64,000 nucleotides of DNA from Octopus sinensis (taxonomy: Eukaryota), in contig NC_042998.1 in the NCBI RefSeq assembly GCF_006345805.1, positions 143,406,001 through 143,470,000 on the forward strand, given 5' to 3'. Below, in pieces: positions 1 through 12,734 of the stretch. The first letter of the stretch is position 1. Each line of letters starts with the position of its first letter. A program made the translations under genes and the position numbers. The notes under the pieces were generated by a model. That model was given only the letters and a program-made list of their open reading frames with translations. It made no database searches and was not told the DNA's origin.

Positions 1-41
1 ACTATTCGACCATATTATATACATGCATGTATACATATATA

Positions 42-380
42 TTCTTTTAATCTTTTATTTGTTTCAGTCATTTGACTGCGACCATGCTAGAGCACTGCCT
101 TTAGTCGAACAAATCGACCCCAGGATTTATTCCTTGTAAGCCTAGTACTTATTGGATCGGTCACTTATGCCGAAGCGCTAAGTTACGGGCACATAAATAA
201 GCGATAGTGAGGGACAAACACAGACACACAGACACACAGACACAGACACACATACACACACACACACACATATATGTCTACAAAATCCACTCACAAGGCT
301 TTAGTCGGTCCGAGGCTATAGTAGAAGACACATACCCAAGGAGCCACGCAGTGGGACTGAACCCAGAACTATGTGGTTGG
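42..380 (-). mobile_element. tRNA-derived SINE, family A (CR1-like tail), near full length
   Basis: Minus strand reads a B-box-like head GGGTTCAGTCCC, body GCCTTGTGAGTGGATTT, internal TA/TG linker and tail GCATGGTCGCAGTCAAATGACTGAAAC plus an A-rich end; homologous to more than 10 other copies here. Confidence 0.85.
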
Positions 381-496
381 TGGAGTTTCATCATGGCTAC
401 CGAAAAATTGTCTCATATTACATTTACAGATAAATTCCTCTATTTACATAATATCGCGGTCTCTTTCATTCTTTGGCTGTCTTGCCATTTCTATCA

Positions 497-537
<41 letters not shown>

Positions 538-613
538 TGTCCGACGAACGGGAATGTGAAGCTCTGAGTAACAGCTTTTGTTATATTTCTACTGCTTTTA
601 AATCAAGTGTGTA

Positions 614-848
<235 letters not shown>

Positions 849-1007
849 GATGACAGACTGACGCAGCTCCACAAAGTTTCGTGGACGTGTTTTCCATCGA
901 GGTTGTTGAGTCAAAGTGCTATTAAATACATAGAACTCTAACCAAATCTGTTGTGTACCACTTTCTTTGTTCACTCACATGTGTATACAAGCACATACAC
1001 ACATGCA

Positions 1008-1040
<33 letters not shown>

Positions 1041-1116
1041 TCATATATACATTAAATAATAATATGCACACATACATATAAACATATATGTATAATATAC
1101 ACAACCACATGTATAC

Positions 1117-1141
1117 ATCTATCTACCTGTCTATCTGTCTG

Positions 1142-1237
<96 letters not shown>

Positions 1238-1275
1238 CCTACCTACCTACCTACCTACCTACCTACCTACCTACC
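1117..1275. repeat. (TCTA)n followed by (CCTA)n microsatellite
   Basis: Direct reading. Confidence 0.95.
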
Positions 1276-1623
1276 CAGTTCCTATTTGTCTTCTATTTAT
1301 ATAGTAATGTCTTAGCCTTCGTTGTAGTGGTATATTTTTGTTTTAAAATTCCTTTTCTCATCTTATCGTCATTTCTTCCCCTACCGCCCCTCCAACAATA
1401 CCTTCTTCCTTTCTTTCTTTCTTTCTTTAAGTTTTCTTATTTCACTAGAACTATGTTGCACCTACTGTCGCTATTGGCAACAGCATTAATGGCTATCCAT
1501 TTCGAAAGTCAGTCTGATGGTGTGATGTAATGCATATATAGGTAATAATGAATTTTCCCACTACACTGTGGCGTTTCCGTGCGTGAGTATGTTCGTGTGT
1601 GTGTGTGTGTGTGTGTGAAAGAT

Positions 1624-1661
<38 letters not shown>

Positions 1662-1879
1662 TGTGTGTGTGTGTGACAGAGAAAGCGCGGGAGGGAGAGA
1701 GGGAGAGGAGAGATAGGAACAAAAGTGTGAGTTAAGAGAAAATCAGCAGAGTGGGAAAGAGAGACAGGGAGAGAGTGAGAGAGAGAAAAAGGGAGAGGGG
1801 AAGGGAGAGAGTGGGAAGGAGAGAGAGGGAAGGAGAGAGAGTGAGAGTATGTGTGTGAAAGAGAATGTGATAGATTGGT

Positions 1880-1881
1880 AA

Positions 1882-1961
<80 letters not shown>

Positions 1962-1990
1962 ATTGATTGATCGACTGATTGATTGATAGA
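1880..1990. repeat. (GATA)n/(GATT)n microsatellite in an AG-rich low-complexity region
   Basis: Direct reading. Confidence 0.9.
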
Positions 1991-3849
1991 GAGATAGATG
2001 GAGATCGAAAGAGGGTGTAAGAAAGTGAGAAAAAGGAGAGAGAGACTGAATCAGATAGGGAGAGTGTGGTAGGGAAGAAATAAGAAATAAACACACACAT
2101 GCACACATACACAAACACACACACACATGCAGAAACATGTAAAGAAGAAAGAAAGAGGGAAGAGTAAAAACAAAAAGATGGAGGGAGAATAAAAATAGAA
2201 CAAAAAGAAAGAATACAGAAAACGGAATGATTAAGAAATAGAAAAGTAAAAATAAATAAATAAAATGAATGAAAAAGATAGGAATAATAAGATTGAATGC
2301 AACTGAGAGAAAAAAAGAATAAAAGAAAAGGAAGAAAGAAAGGAAGGAAGAAAAGTAGGAAGGAAGAAAGGCGCGCTGGAGATGAAAGGGTAGGGGTAGG
2401 GTATAGTGAAATGTAATGTTGGCTGTCACTCGAATTCCAAATTGACGAATTTAGGTCAACGGTGCAGACGATATTATTTGAATGTGTGAAGAAAGAAATA
2501 CCATTGATTAGAAATATATTAAAGCTATTATTCTTTTAGAATTCCACTGAATTTTGTTCCAAAACATAAACTAAAATTAAAAAATGAAGATATTTTTGAT
2601 AGATTTTGATAGCTATTTATAAATATAACTTGTAAAAATTCTTATAGTAAAACAAGATGTCCACCCTTCTTGTGATGGATGCCTATGCGTAATAAATTTT
2701 AAGCGAGATGGACTGCTTCGTGCAAGCCATCAAACGTAGCCTGTAATCAACACACCCACACCACCACCACCACCACCACCACAACCAAGAACAATAACAA
2801 CTAAAAAATATGTGGATCAAATGGTAAGGATGAGTGGCTGGCTGCTTTGAAGACTGTAGTCTGAAGTTCAGTCTAAGAACAGTTTCATGTTGCTATAGTA
2901 AGATTTGGATACTGAAGAGAACTTACAAATCAAGCGTTAATTATACAGCTCTTTCTCTAACTTAACCACTTAATCTAAACAATCATATTAAATCGCTTGG
3001 TTATATTCATGAGTGATGTGGATGATATACACATTGCACATTGTAAGGTTTTAGATGATAAATGGAATGTGCTTCGTTGTCTAACCCTTGAAGTTTTCCT
3101 GAATTGCTGGGGCTAGATTTCAGAGAAAAAACGACGGATGTTTATAGTCAGTTCGATCTAACATCGAACAAACAAGAGTATCAGGAAAGAAATTGTTCGA
3201 AAGACTGCAAAACGCGAAACCCTTTAGTCAATTGTTAAAACACGGTGAATATAATCTTGCATACACAAATTTATGGTAAAAGTAGTACTTGAAATAATTG
3301 AATGAAAAGGGAACAAGAAGTACGAAATCACCTTCATTAGCTTTCTGTTGTTTCTCCAATACGGAGCAGTGTTTTCAGAGCTGATTGCTAGTGCATCATC
3401 TTCTAAGCTCCCTTAGAGCCTTTAAAATGAAGTGTATGTTTATTTCGGAAAGTATTTAAATACGTTCTAATTTAAAAGGTCACTTTAGAAACTATAGAAG
3501 AAGTATGGGAAGACCATAGAGGCGGTGGTTGTGCAACAGCGAGGAATGGACCAGGAGAAAGATGGCGAAAAAAACAGGAAGTTGGTTGATGCCCAAGAAA
3601 GGCTGAGGTCTCTTGCTGTGCACCAATGGGATCCACGGCTCTTAGTAGTGTCATCTTAAGGTATAGCGTCACTTGCCCGGGGACCCTACGAGTCCAATTC
3701 TAATCTATGTATGCTGTGACTTGCCCTCAATAAATAAAAGCTATAGGGCCCAGTAAACTGGTTTGCCTGGTGGCTTATAATGTTTCTAAGACGACCTTGG
3801 TCCTTAGGTTACAGATTTTCATTAATTTCAGTACATCGAAATAGGTTAC

Positions 3850-3953
<104 letters not shown>

Positions 3954-3995
3954 CTACATATACGTACATGTTTCCACACAGTCTCTGTCCATTAA

Positions 3996-4098
3996 ATTCC
4001 TTCATAAGGCATTGGTCAATCCGGGGCTATAGTTGGACTGAACCCGAAATCATGTGGCTGCAAAGCGAACTTCTTAACCTTACAGCCATGCATGCATC
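3996..4098 (-). mobile_element. SINE family A head fragment
   Basis: GGACTGAACCCGAAATCATGTGG matches the family A head. Confidence 0.7.
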
Positions 4099-4249
4099 TA
4101 TGTTTTTAGATAAAAAGAATTCACATAAAACAGAGAACAAATTTACTGAGTGATGCAGCGGCAGTCAGAACCGATAATAAATTAGTCAGCCAGCCAGCCA
4201 GAGTTGAGTGAGGAAGGCCTGTTTCCCTCAGTATTACTGGTCTTGCGCT

Positions 4250-4460
4250 TTTATCAGAAACTACCTTGTGGTATTTGTTCTGCCACCTGTGCTGAATTCC
4301 ATCTTATTACGTTCTGACTTCAAGTCCCGCTACGATCAACTTTGCTTTTCGTCCTTTCGGGGCGCGGGGTCGATAACATAAAGTACCAATCAAATGAAGG
4401 GATCGGTGGTATCGACTAAGCCTTCTCCTCAAAATTGCTGGTCTTGTACCTAAATCAGAA
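4250..4460 (+). mobile_element. SINE family B, degenerate
   Basis: ACGTTCTGACTTCAAGT...CCTTTCGGGG...GTCGATAA...CAAAATTGCTGGTCTTGT matches the copies at 9229 and 29635. Confidence 0.7.
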
Positions 4461-5469
4461 ACAGAGAGCAAAAGAAGAAATACTAGTTAAGTATTATGAG
4501 AGAAGACAGCAGAGTGAACTTTCGAATGCAAAAATAAACAAAACGACTCCAGCCAGTGTCGAATAATTTAGAGCTCGTGTCGAATGACTTAGAAAGGAAA
4601 TCATAGAAAGTGGAGCAAATTCAACGGCAACAAATGGTCAAGTGTTACTCATAAAGAATTATATATACATGTACACGAAACGTATTATAACACATACTGA
4701 GGATTTATCTCTTATAGTGACTCAGTTGCCTCGACACCATTCTCAAACATCTCATCGGATTTCGTTCTGCGCAAAGTGATACGCTGTTTCTATAAATCAT
4801 ATATATATATTTATGCATGCTGTGGTCAAACCGGAAGTTGCATTCTTTCTTTCTCTCGTTCTTTCTTTTTCTGTCAGTAACTTGGGAAGAAGATCAAACC
4901 AAATTCCAAATTCTTTGAAGAAATTCTTAATAAAATGCATGCCTACGATTGTTTATCCCTACAATCCTTCATCTCCACAATACCAATCTTCTGGAATCAC
5001 TATCCATCGTGTTAGGTATCCCTGCAGCGGTCGATTTGTACAAGCTGATCAACGACCACATCAATAACCCACAATCATGGGGAGTCTACCAACATTACAG
5101 ACTTAGGTCAATTCTTCTCACTAAACTACTAAAAAAAATATTGTGCATCAAATTTAATTCTGAATTTCCATCGAATCACTTTCGGAAAGGTAGAAAATAT
5201 TGGTCTATTTGTCGCTAAAAGCATGAGTTCATCCAGTGCTGGCATTCGGTTGTGTTTCTGGACAGAGCATGTTATTTTACGGTTTTAACCCAAAATACTG
5301 TAGAGAATAGGTGGCTTAATACTAGGGAATCTTACTTGCAATATATTAGAGTTTTAACCAGGGCAAGTGTTGTCTTTTATAATGGAATAAGAGTCAAGTA
5401 CTGACCTTTAGAAGCCTCTCTCTCTCTCTTTCTTTCTCTCTCACTATCTTTCTTTGTCTCTGTTTGCCT

Positions 5470-5475
5470 GTCTAT

Positions 5476-5536
<61 letters not shown>

Positions 5537-5577
5537 CATCCATCCATCCATCCATCCATCCATCCATCCATCCATCC

Positions 5578-5643
<66 letters not shown>

Positions 5644-5644
5644 A

Positions 5645-5682
<38 letters not shown>
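5470..5682. repeat. (TATC)n/(CATC)n microsatellite, 5' flank of the Tx1 element
   Basis: Direct reading. Confidence 0.95.
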
Positions 5683-7771
5683 GTTAACGAACCTGGCATG
5701 GGTGGGGCGCTGATCAATTTGGATCAATCGAAAGCTTTCGATAGGGTGGACCATCGATACTTGGAGGCGGTCCTCGGAGCGGCTGGCTTCGGTCCCGTCT
5801 TCCGCGGCTGGATAGCCGCTTTGTACAGAGGCATCCGTTCGGTAATTCGCGTGAATGGACATCTATCGAGACCCTTCGACATCGCACGTTCGGTCCGTCA
5901 GGGATGCCCCCTCTCGTCGCTTCTATACGTATTGACTCTCGAGCCATTATTGCGGAAGCTGGCAACCTTGAGAGGCATCCCGCGAGAATTGGGATGCGGG
6001 ACGAGCGTGTCTGCATACGCGGACGACGTCACCGTCATAGTGTCTAGCCACGAGCACATCGAGCAGGTCGGCGAGACACTGAAAAACTACGAAGCGGTGA
6101 CAGGAGCGAAAATCAACCGGGAAAAGTCAGTGGGCTTGCGACTAGGCACCTGGAGAAGCAAGCCCATGCCGTCCACCAGCGCCTCCGTCGTGGGACGCTG
6201 GACCGACGGCCCGGTTGAGTTGCTCGGGGTCTGGTTTGGTCCGGACCTCCAAGTGGAGAAGAACTGGAACGAGAGATAACGAGTAGGGTGGTCACTCTCG
6301 CCCGGCAATGGGCCGAGAGGAAACTGTCCCTAAAAAGTCGGGCGGAGGTGGCGAACACGTACATCGCGTCCGTCATCTACTACCGCCTGACCGTCGTACC
6401 TTGTCCCGACCCTACCATCACCAAACTACAACGCATTCTCTTTCGCTTCTTGTGGAAAGGATGCGTCCCGATGGTCAGGCGATCCATTTGCTGTCAACAC
6501 CCGTTAAAAGGAGGGCTGGGCATGCCGTGGTTGATGATGCGCAGACACGCGCTGAGACTGCGACATCTCTGGCTCTATGTAGACGACGTGAACAGGTGTG
6601 GTCGCCGTTGTGAGGCACGCTTTCCCGCAGCTCGTCTCCATGACCGAACTGCAGTCGTGGATCAAAAAGAGGCCGAAGAAGGGCGAATGGCACCGCGAGT
6701 GTCGCGTTGCTCTCAAGCAACTCTGCCGTCCTGGGTCGACCTTGAGTGACTTCAACACAACCAAAGCATTCTATAGGGGTTTAGTGGAGGGGAGGTACGA
6801 CGACGAGCTCGGGGCGAACCTGGACGTCGACGAGGAGTACCTGACCCGCCTGTTCAGGACGACTTCGGGCCAGGGCCCATGGACAACTTCCAGAGATCCC
6901 TGGCCTGGCAGTACTACCGAGAAGCGCTACCCGTTCGGGATAAGCTCTACAGACACGGCTCGAGAAACACGGGGCCGACCTGCCCGAGATGCGGTCAGAG
7001 CGACGAAAACGTTCTGCACGCACTCGTGTGCAGTGTCCAACAATTTCCGACCTGTGGGCTTGTGTCGAACAACTGCTGTCACGTGTGGGACGAGTCGGTT
7101 TATCAGCTGAGTCTATCGTCAATATTGTCACGCCTCCCTCCTTCAAACGGGAAGGAAGAGCTATTTCATCATCCTTGTGGCTATGGCGAAAGAATGTATC
7201 TGGTGGACGCGCCTGAAAGGATTGGAGACAAACACTTTCCTCTCTGGTCAATCTCTCATCAACTTCTTCAAGTACCACTGAAAAGGAAAGTGAGAGAGCA
7301 GAGAGGCAAGTTTTGTCTAGCGAATGTTTTAAAAAAAGATGGGTGAATGTAGCAAGAATGGCACGTATGAATGACGAAGCCACCTTGAGCATGATCCTAT
7401 GAACCCAGAAATTGAAAACAGAGAGTTGCTTATTTGCAAAAAAAAAAAAAAAAAAGAAATATAACATGTGACTCCATTGACCGAGGTTACCGTGGTCTTT
7501 TCCGTAGGCTTTTCTTTCCACGGGTAAACCTCACCTGTCCTCCCCTTTACACTTCATATTGACATTTCTGTGATAACGATCCCTATTGATCAATTTTTTT
7601 TTTTCCTCTCCCCCTTTTTTTAACCCCATTTTTTTGTCCTCTTTCTCTCCTTTTACGATCCCTTTTGATCGAAACTCCCCCTTCCTTTTTTTTTTTTTAA
7701 ACCTTCAAAAGAAAAGCTCTGCCTTGTAATTTGTTCTATCTGTGTGCAGCCCTATGTGGCTAATAAAGAAA
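5683..7771 (+). mobile_element. 5'-truncated Tx1-type (L1 clade) non-LTR retrotransposon: disrupted RT, C-terminal Zn knuckle and 3' UTR
   Basis: LDQSKAFDRVDH, VRQGCPLSSLLYVL, AYADDVTV, GAKINREKS, GGLGMP, LPVRDKLYRHG and CPRCGQSDENVLH. A stop at 6277-6279 and later frameshifts. Ends AATAAAGAAAC directly before (TATC)n. Confidence 0.92.
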
Positions 7772-7773
7772 CA

Positions 7774-7975
<202 letters not shown>

Positions 7976-8164
7976 TCTATCTCACTACTTAGCAATGTAA
8001 TCTATATATATGCAAGGTGTGTGTGTGTGGTGTGTGTGTGTGTGTGTGTATATACACAACCACACATGTGCAAATAATATGGAGTGTCGTTAATATGAAT
8101 CATTTTGACAGAGTTAAAAATGTTCTAGAAAACCGATAATTCAACAAACGCCTAAGGACGCGTC

Positions 8165-8530
8165 ACTTGAATCCATCGTCAGTGTTGTATACTGAACACC
8201 CAGGATGTTTCGGATCTGACAACATACACCTCCAACTATGCGATCCGACCTAGGTTGATTAAGTCGATCTTGACTTGTGCCCAAGCGGCATTCAACTGAC
8301 TCCACCAATCACCTCTTTTCAGCTAGAATAATTTAAATGCTTTCACAGCAACCTCTACCTTGTTCTCGATGGCTCTTCATTTTCAAGATTCTGAAATGCT
8401 TAGAGTTTCATAAACCTTACTCAGAGAACGACATGCAAACCCTCGGCAGCTAACCTTCACTGCTAAACACACTGTCTTCCACTCCACTCATTCTTGTGGC
8501 AGTCCTCTACCAACTCCTGGTGCTCGGATG
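8165..8530 (-). mobile_element. HERO-like (R2 group) retrotransposon 3' end, degenerate
   Basis: Frameshifted minus-strand translation QELVEDCHKN...AVKVSCRGFACRSLSKVYETLSIS...RAIENKVEVAVKAFKLF*LKRGDWW resembles the HERO restriction-like endonuclease C-terminus (EVGCRGF...WLWIKR); 3' UTR-like sequence follows. Confidence 0.65.
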
Positions 8531-9228
8531 TTAGCTGGAAATAAAAGAATGAGAACAAAAGCAAAATAAAAGCAAAACAAAAACGTTTTACACCTTTTCT
8601 TTATATTACGATATTTCGGCGTTAAAACACCTTATCAAGAGGAATGAAGATTCAGCTTAACATTGATCTGCACGGTTATATGGAAACTGATGGATGCTAC
8701 GACATATGTAGATTAGTAGTGTTAAATCAGGTAATTAGCATCGAGCAGCTTTATATTTGTTGATTACTTATTTAAATTTTATTAACAATTTCATAAACAA
8801 TAATTTCATAAACAATTCAGATTTTTCCGAACGTCGGAATATTTTGAAAGAAAGATTAAATATACTATTAGATGAGGCCCTGTATACATATATATTTATA
8901 CAAACAACGTATTTCGGTGACCTGAATGAAATCTGATGATACAGTGTGTGATGGTATCAAGGTAATTTTGTCAGTATAGCAGATAAATACTCGTATCAAA
9001 TTTAAGGAAGAGGATACTTAAACGTTTATGGAAGTGAACAATAACAAGTTTATCTTGTGAGTACGGAAGATATCATTAAATTCCTAAAATAACCAAGATT
9101 AAATGTACACATACATATGTATACATATACTTACAATTGCGCACGCACGCACACACGCACACACACACACATGCACACTCACACACACACATCTATGTAC
9201 GTATATATGCATATAATATGTATCTGTG

Positions 9229-9440
9229 TAAGGTGGCCAGCTGGCAAAATCGTTAGCACTCCGGGCAAAACGCTTGACGACATTTCGTCAGTTTTTACGT
9301 TCTGAGTTGAAATTCCGCCGAAGTCGACTTTGCCGTTTACCTTTTCGGGGTCGATAAAATAAGAACCAGTCAAGTATTGAGGTCGATGTAATCGAGAAAC
9401 CCCTCTCCAAAAATTGCTGGCCTTGTGCCAAAGTTTGAAA
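9229..9440 (+). mobile_element. SINE family B, full length
   Basis: Head AAGGTGGCCAGCTGGCAAAATCGTTAGCAC, then GAGTTGAAATTCCGCCGAAGTCGAC, tail CAAAAATTGCTGGCCTTGTGCCAAAG. Confidence 0.85.
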
Positions 9441-9981
9441 TTTGTATATATACATGCGTATATATATATATATAATCTTTTTATCGTAAAAGTCCCCGAT
9501 GTCGGACTCTTTTCTTATTGTTTATGAATAGATGAAAGTTCTTTTCTTCCTTTCTTTCGCGCTATGACTCGGTGAGTGTTCGTCTTCCCGTGTCTTCTCG
9601 ACGCTAGGAACTTTATTAAGTGAGATTTAGCCACTACATTGAATAAGTCTAATAACTAAGAAGTTTCTGCACAGCTTCGTGCTTTATTTCATGCTATGTT
9701 CCGTTGCATTCCGTTGCAGTGAGGCACACTACAGTTCCACTCGCAGTCACGTGGTGCTGGATTCGATGTCACCTCGTTGTACCTGAGGCAAGTGATATTT
9801 TCTTTGAATTGAACTCGGCTCATGCATTTGAGGGAAACTGAGCGGAGGGAAACTGTAAAGAAGCCTGTAGGATGGATTTTACCTTCGCTTTGTCGTACAC
9901 TTTATTCACGCTGATCGTGCCTGAGAAATACGTTAAGAGTCCCTGTATTTTGTGGAATACTCAGTCATTATTCATACGTTA

Positions 9982-9982
<1 letters not shown>

Positions 9983-10052
<70 letters not shown>

Positions 10053-10062
10053 CATCATTATT
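9983..10062. repeat. (ATT)n microsatellite
   Basis: Direct reading. Confidence 0.95.
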
Positions 10063-10549
10063 ATAGAAGATATAGAGAAAACAAGACTGAGAATGGGAAG
10101 ACCTGTAATAGATATGTTAAACTGTAGTTCAGAATAATTCTCGTCTGTGTGACTTACTTCCGTCGCGTGTAATGAGGTTTTCCGACAATTTAGTTGATGG
10201 AAATGAAACGATTTGTACTGCTGGTATGGGGCTATATATTGGTTCTACCGTAAATTGGGTAACTGGAGACACGGTGAAAGGAGTAGAAAAGTGACAGAGA
10301 CAGAAATAGGAAAGGAGAAGAAAGACGGAGAGAAGGATGTCAATGTAAGATAACGATAGATAGATATATAGATATATATATATAGATGAGATAGATAGAT
10401 AGATAGATTGATAGATAGATAGATAATGATAAAGAGAAACGATAAATAGATAACAATAGATAACGTTGATAGATAACGATTGATGACGAACAAAGAAATC
10501 TTAAGAGACAAGAGTTAGAGAAGGAGAATGTGAAGGAAACATAGTACAT

Positions 10550-11303
10550 ACTAGCAGTATAACCCGGCCTTGCCCAGGATTAAGTTACGATTATTAAGCT
10601 AATCAAGTTCTTTATTTCAAACCAAACTAAGTAATATAGACGTCAAATTTGGGCGAAATCCGTTGAAATTAGTTATATTATATATATATATTATATATAT
10701 ATATTATATATATATATAATATAATATAAATATATATGGGCAACAGACACGAACACACATACACACACGTACGTACGTACATTTATTGCATGTTTTGCGC
10801 ACGCATACATGTTCATAAACAGAAATGAATGGAAAAAATGTTGTTAAATTTGTAGATTAACACTCGCACAATTTTCACTAAGAAAAAAAATCGGTTTTTT
10901 TGCTTGGAATCAACTACTCTGTCCTCAAAACCCTTTTTGTGGTCCGTGAAACGGAGTGGGGTGTGGCGGAAGCCTCGCAAATTGTACCCATTTATATTGT
11001 GTAAGTCGCTGACAAACTGTTACTCACCTCTTTGTTTCTTTGTTGTTAAATAAATGGATTGTCAACAAAACACTTTTTTATTCGGCGTAAAATAAAATAA
11101 AACTCTTTCGCACCCAAAGTAATGTGTGTGAGAAAGAGAGTGGGGAGAAAGATGAACGATTTAAAATAAATAAATGATTTTAAATAAATATTTTGTAATT
11201 GTTGTGTGAGAAAGTATATATACTATGATTATAAAATATAGTGTGCCTTTCAAAAACAAAAAACAAAACATTTTACATTTTATTATTTATGAACGTAGTC
11301 ACT

Positions 11304-11355
<52 letters not shown>

Positions 11356-11723
11356 TTGTCTTTCCCATGAAACTCTCTGCCTCCTTCTTCCACTTTTCTT
11401 TATCTTATATTTTTTTGTTAGACGCCATCAAAAAAGCAATGGCTCTCTCTCTCCCCCTCTCACTTTGTCTTTCCCGGCAAACTCTCTGCCTCCTTCTTCC
11501 ACTTTTCTTTATCTTTTTTTTGTTAGACGCTATCAAAAAGCAATGGCTGATATTTGTTATGGTTAAAAGCTATGGTTGAAAATGGTTGAAAATAGATTTT
11601 TACACTATCCACAGGTGCCTCGGTAAAAAATAAGTTGACAAAACCCAGATAGGGTGTTGACGAATGTCCTCCTAAAATTTGTGCGACATGCGTGCTAATT
11701 TGTGGACGTGCATAAATTACAAT

Positions 11724-11765
<42 letters not shown>

Positions 11766-11775
11766 TTTCCTCCCT
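10550..11775 (+). mobile_element. Probable non-autonomous Helitron-like element(s), with an internal tandem duplication of about 110 bp (11350-11550)
   Basis: Starts TACTAGCAGTATAACCCGGC; contains CAAATTTGGGCGAAATCCG and a CA-rich 3' end typical of Lep1/HINE-like elements. Boundaries are uncertain. Confidence 0.4.
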
Positions 11776-11779
11776 TTTA

Positions 11780-12135
11780 TAGATATGATAACGATGAATA
11801 ACGAACAACAGATAGATAACGAAAGATAACGATTTGTGACGTGACGACAGATAACGGTAGATAACGAACAGATAGATAAAAAACATAACTAGGGGTATCA
11901 AGAAATAGTGATGGATAACGATAGACAACAATACATATAACGTGAGATAATGAGAGATAATGATCGATAACAATAGATAACGATAGGGTGGGTAACGAGC
12001 GACAGATAAAGATATAACAAGGGATAAGGATAGACAATGGGAGATAACGATAGATATCGATGGATAACAATGGATAACAATAGGTAACTATAGATAACGA
12101 TAGTTAGATAACAAACGATAGATAGATAACGAACA
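11780..12135. repeat. Degenerate GATAAC/GATA-rich simple repeat
   Basis: Recurring GATAAC, ATAACGA and GATA units. Confidence 0.8.
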
Positions 12136-12669
12136 AGATGACTATGTATTGGTATTTGTAGAAAGAAAAAAAAATAGTGATTGTTTCGTTTGAGAATGGA
12201 TGCTTGATATAATTGTTCGTCTTTGTAAAGAAAATTATAGTCGCCAGAATCTGACAGGAAGAAAAGACGTTGCCAAAAAAAAAAAGAAAAGAAAGAAAAA
12301 TAGAAAAAGAAAAACCAAACAAATAAACAAAACATTATGGTTATGACATCACGCAATTTCATTGAACTTGGCAGTTTCAATGAAGTTGGTGCATATTGAT
12401 CACCTAAAAGGTCAATGTACACTATTGGGTTTCAACAATGCACAGCTTAACATACAATTAGTTGAATCGATTTTTTTCTGAGACGGGGGTCTCGAATTCT
12501 TATATCATTCTAAGCTAAACCGATCAAATTTAAAATCCAAATGTGGTTGACATACAACTACAATCCTTACATACACGCACATACATAAATAGATACATAT
12601 AAACATATGTGTGTGCAAGTGCGTGATGATGAAATACGTAATACGCACGCGCACACGCGCACACAATAC

Positions 12670-12671
<2 letters not shown>

Positions 12672-12730
<59 letters not shown>
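12672..12730. repeat. (TAA)n microsatellite, 5' flank of the Dong element
   Basis: Direct reading. Confidence 0.95.
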
Positions 12731-12734
12731 CACT

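Noticed and set aside
3430-3780. Complex segment with AATAAA, possible transposon 3' end
   Set aside because: Only vague similarity; no diagnostic motif
4813-5218. Complex-sequence ORFs (84 and 89 aa), possible exon or mariner relic
   Set aside because: No motif I can support in any frame
8600-8642. TTGATAA-type hammerhead candidate on the minus strand
   Set aside because: Stem II is good but stem I cannot form; kept only as supporting context
10165-10225. Hammerhead-like GAAA/stem arrangement
   Set aside because: The core reads GTAATGA and stem I is absent
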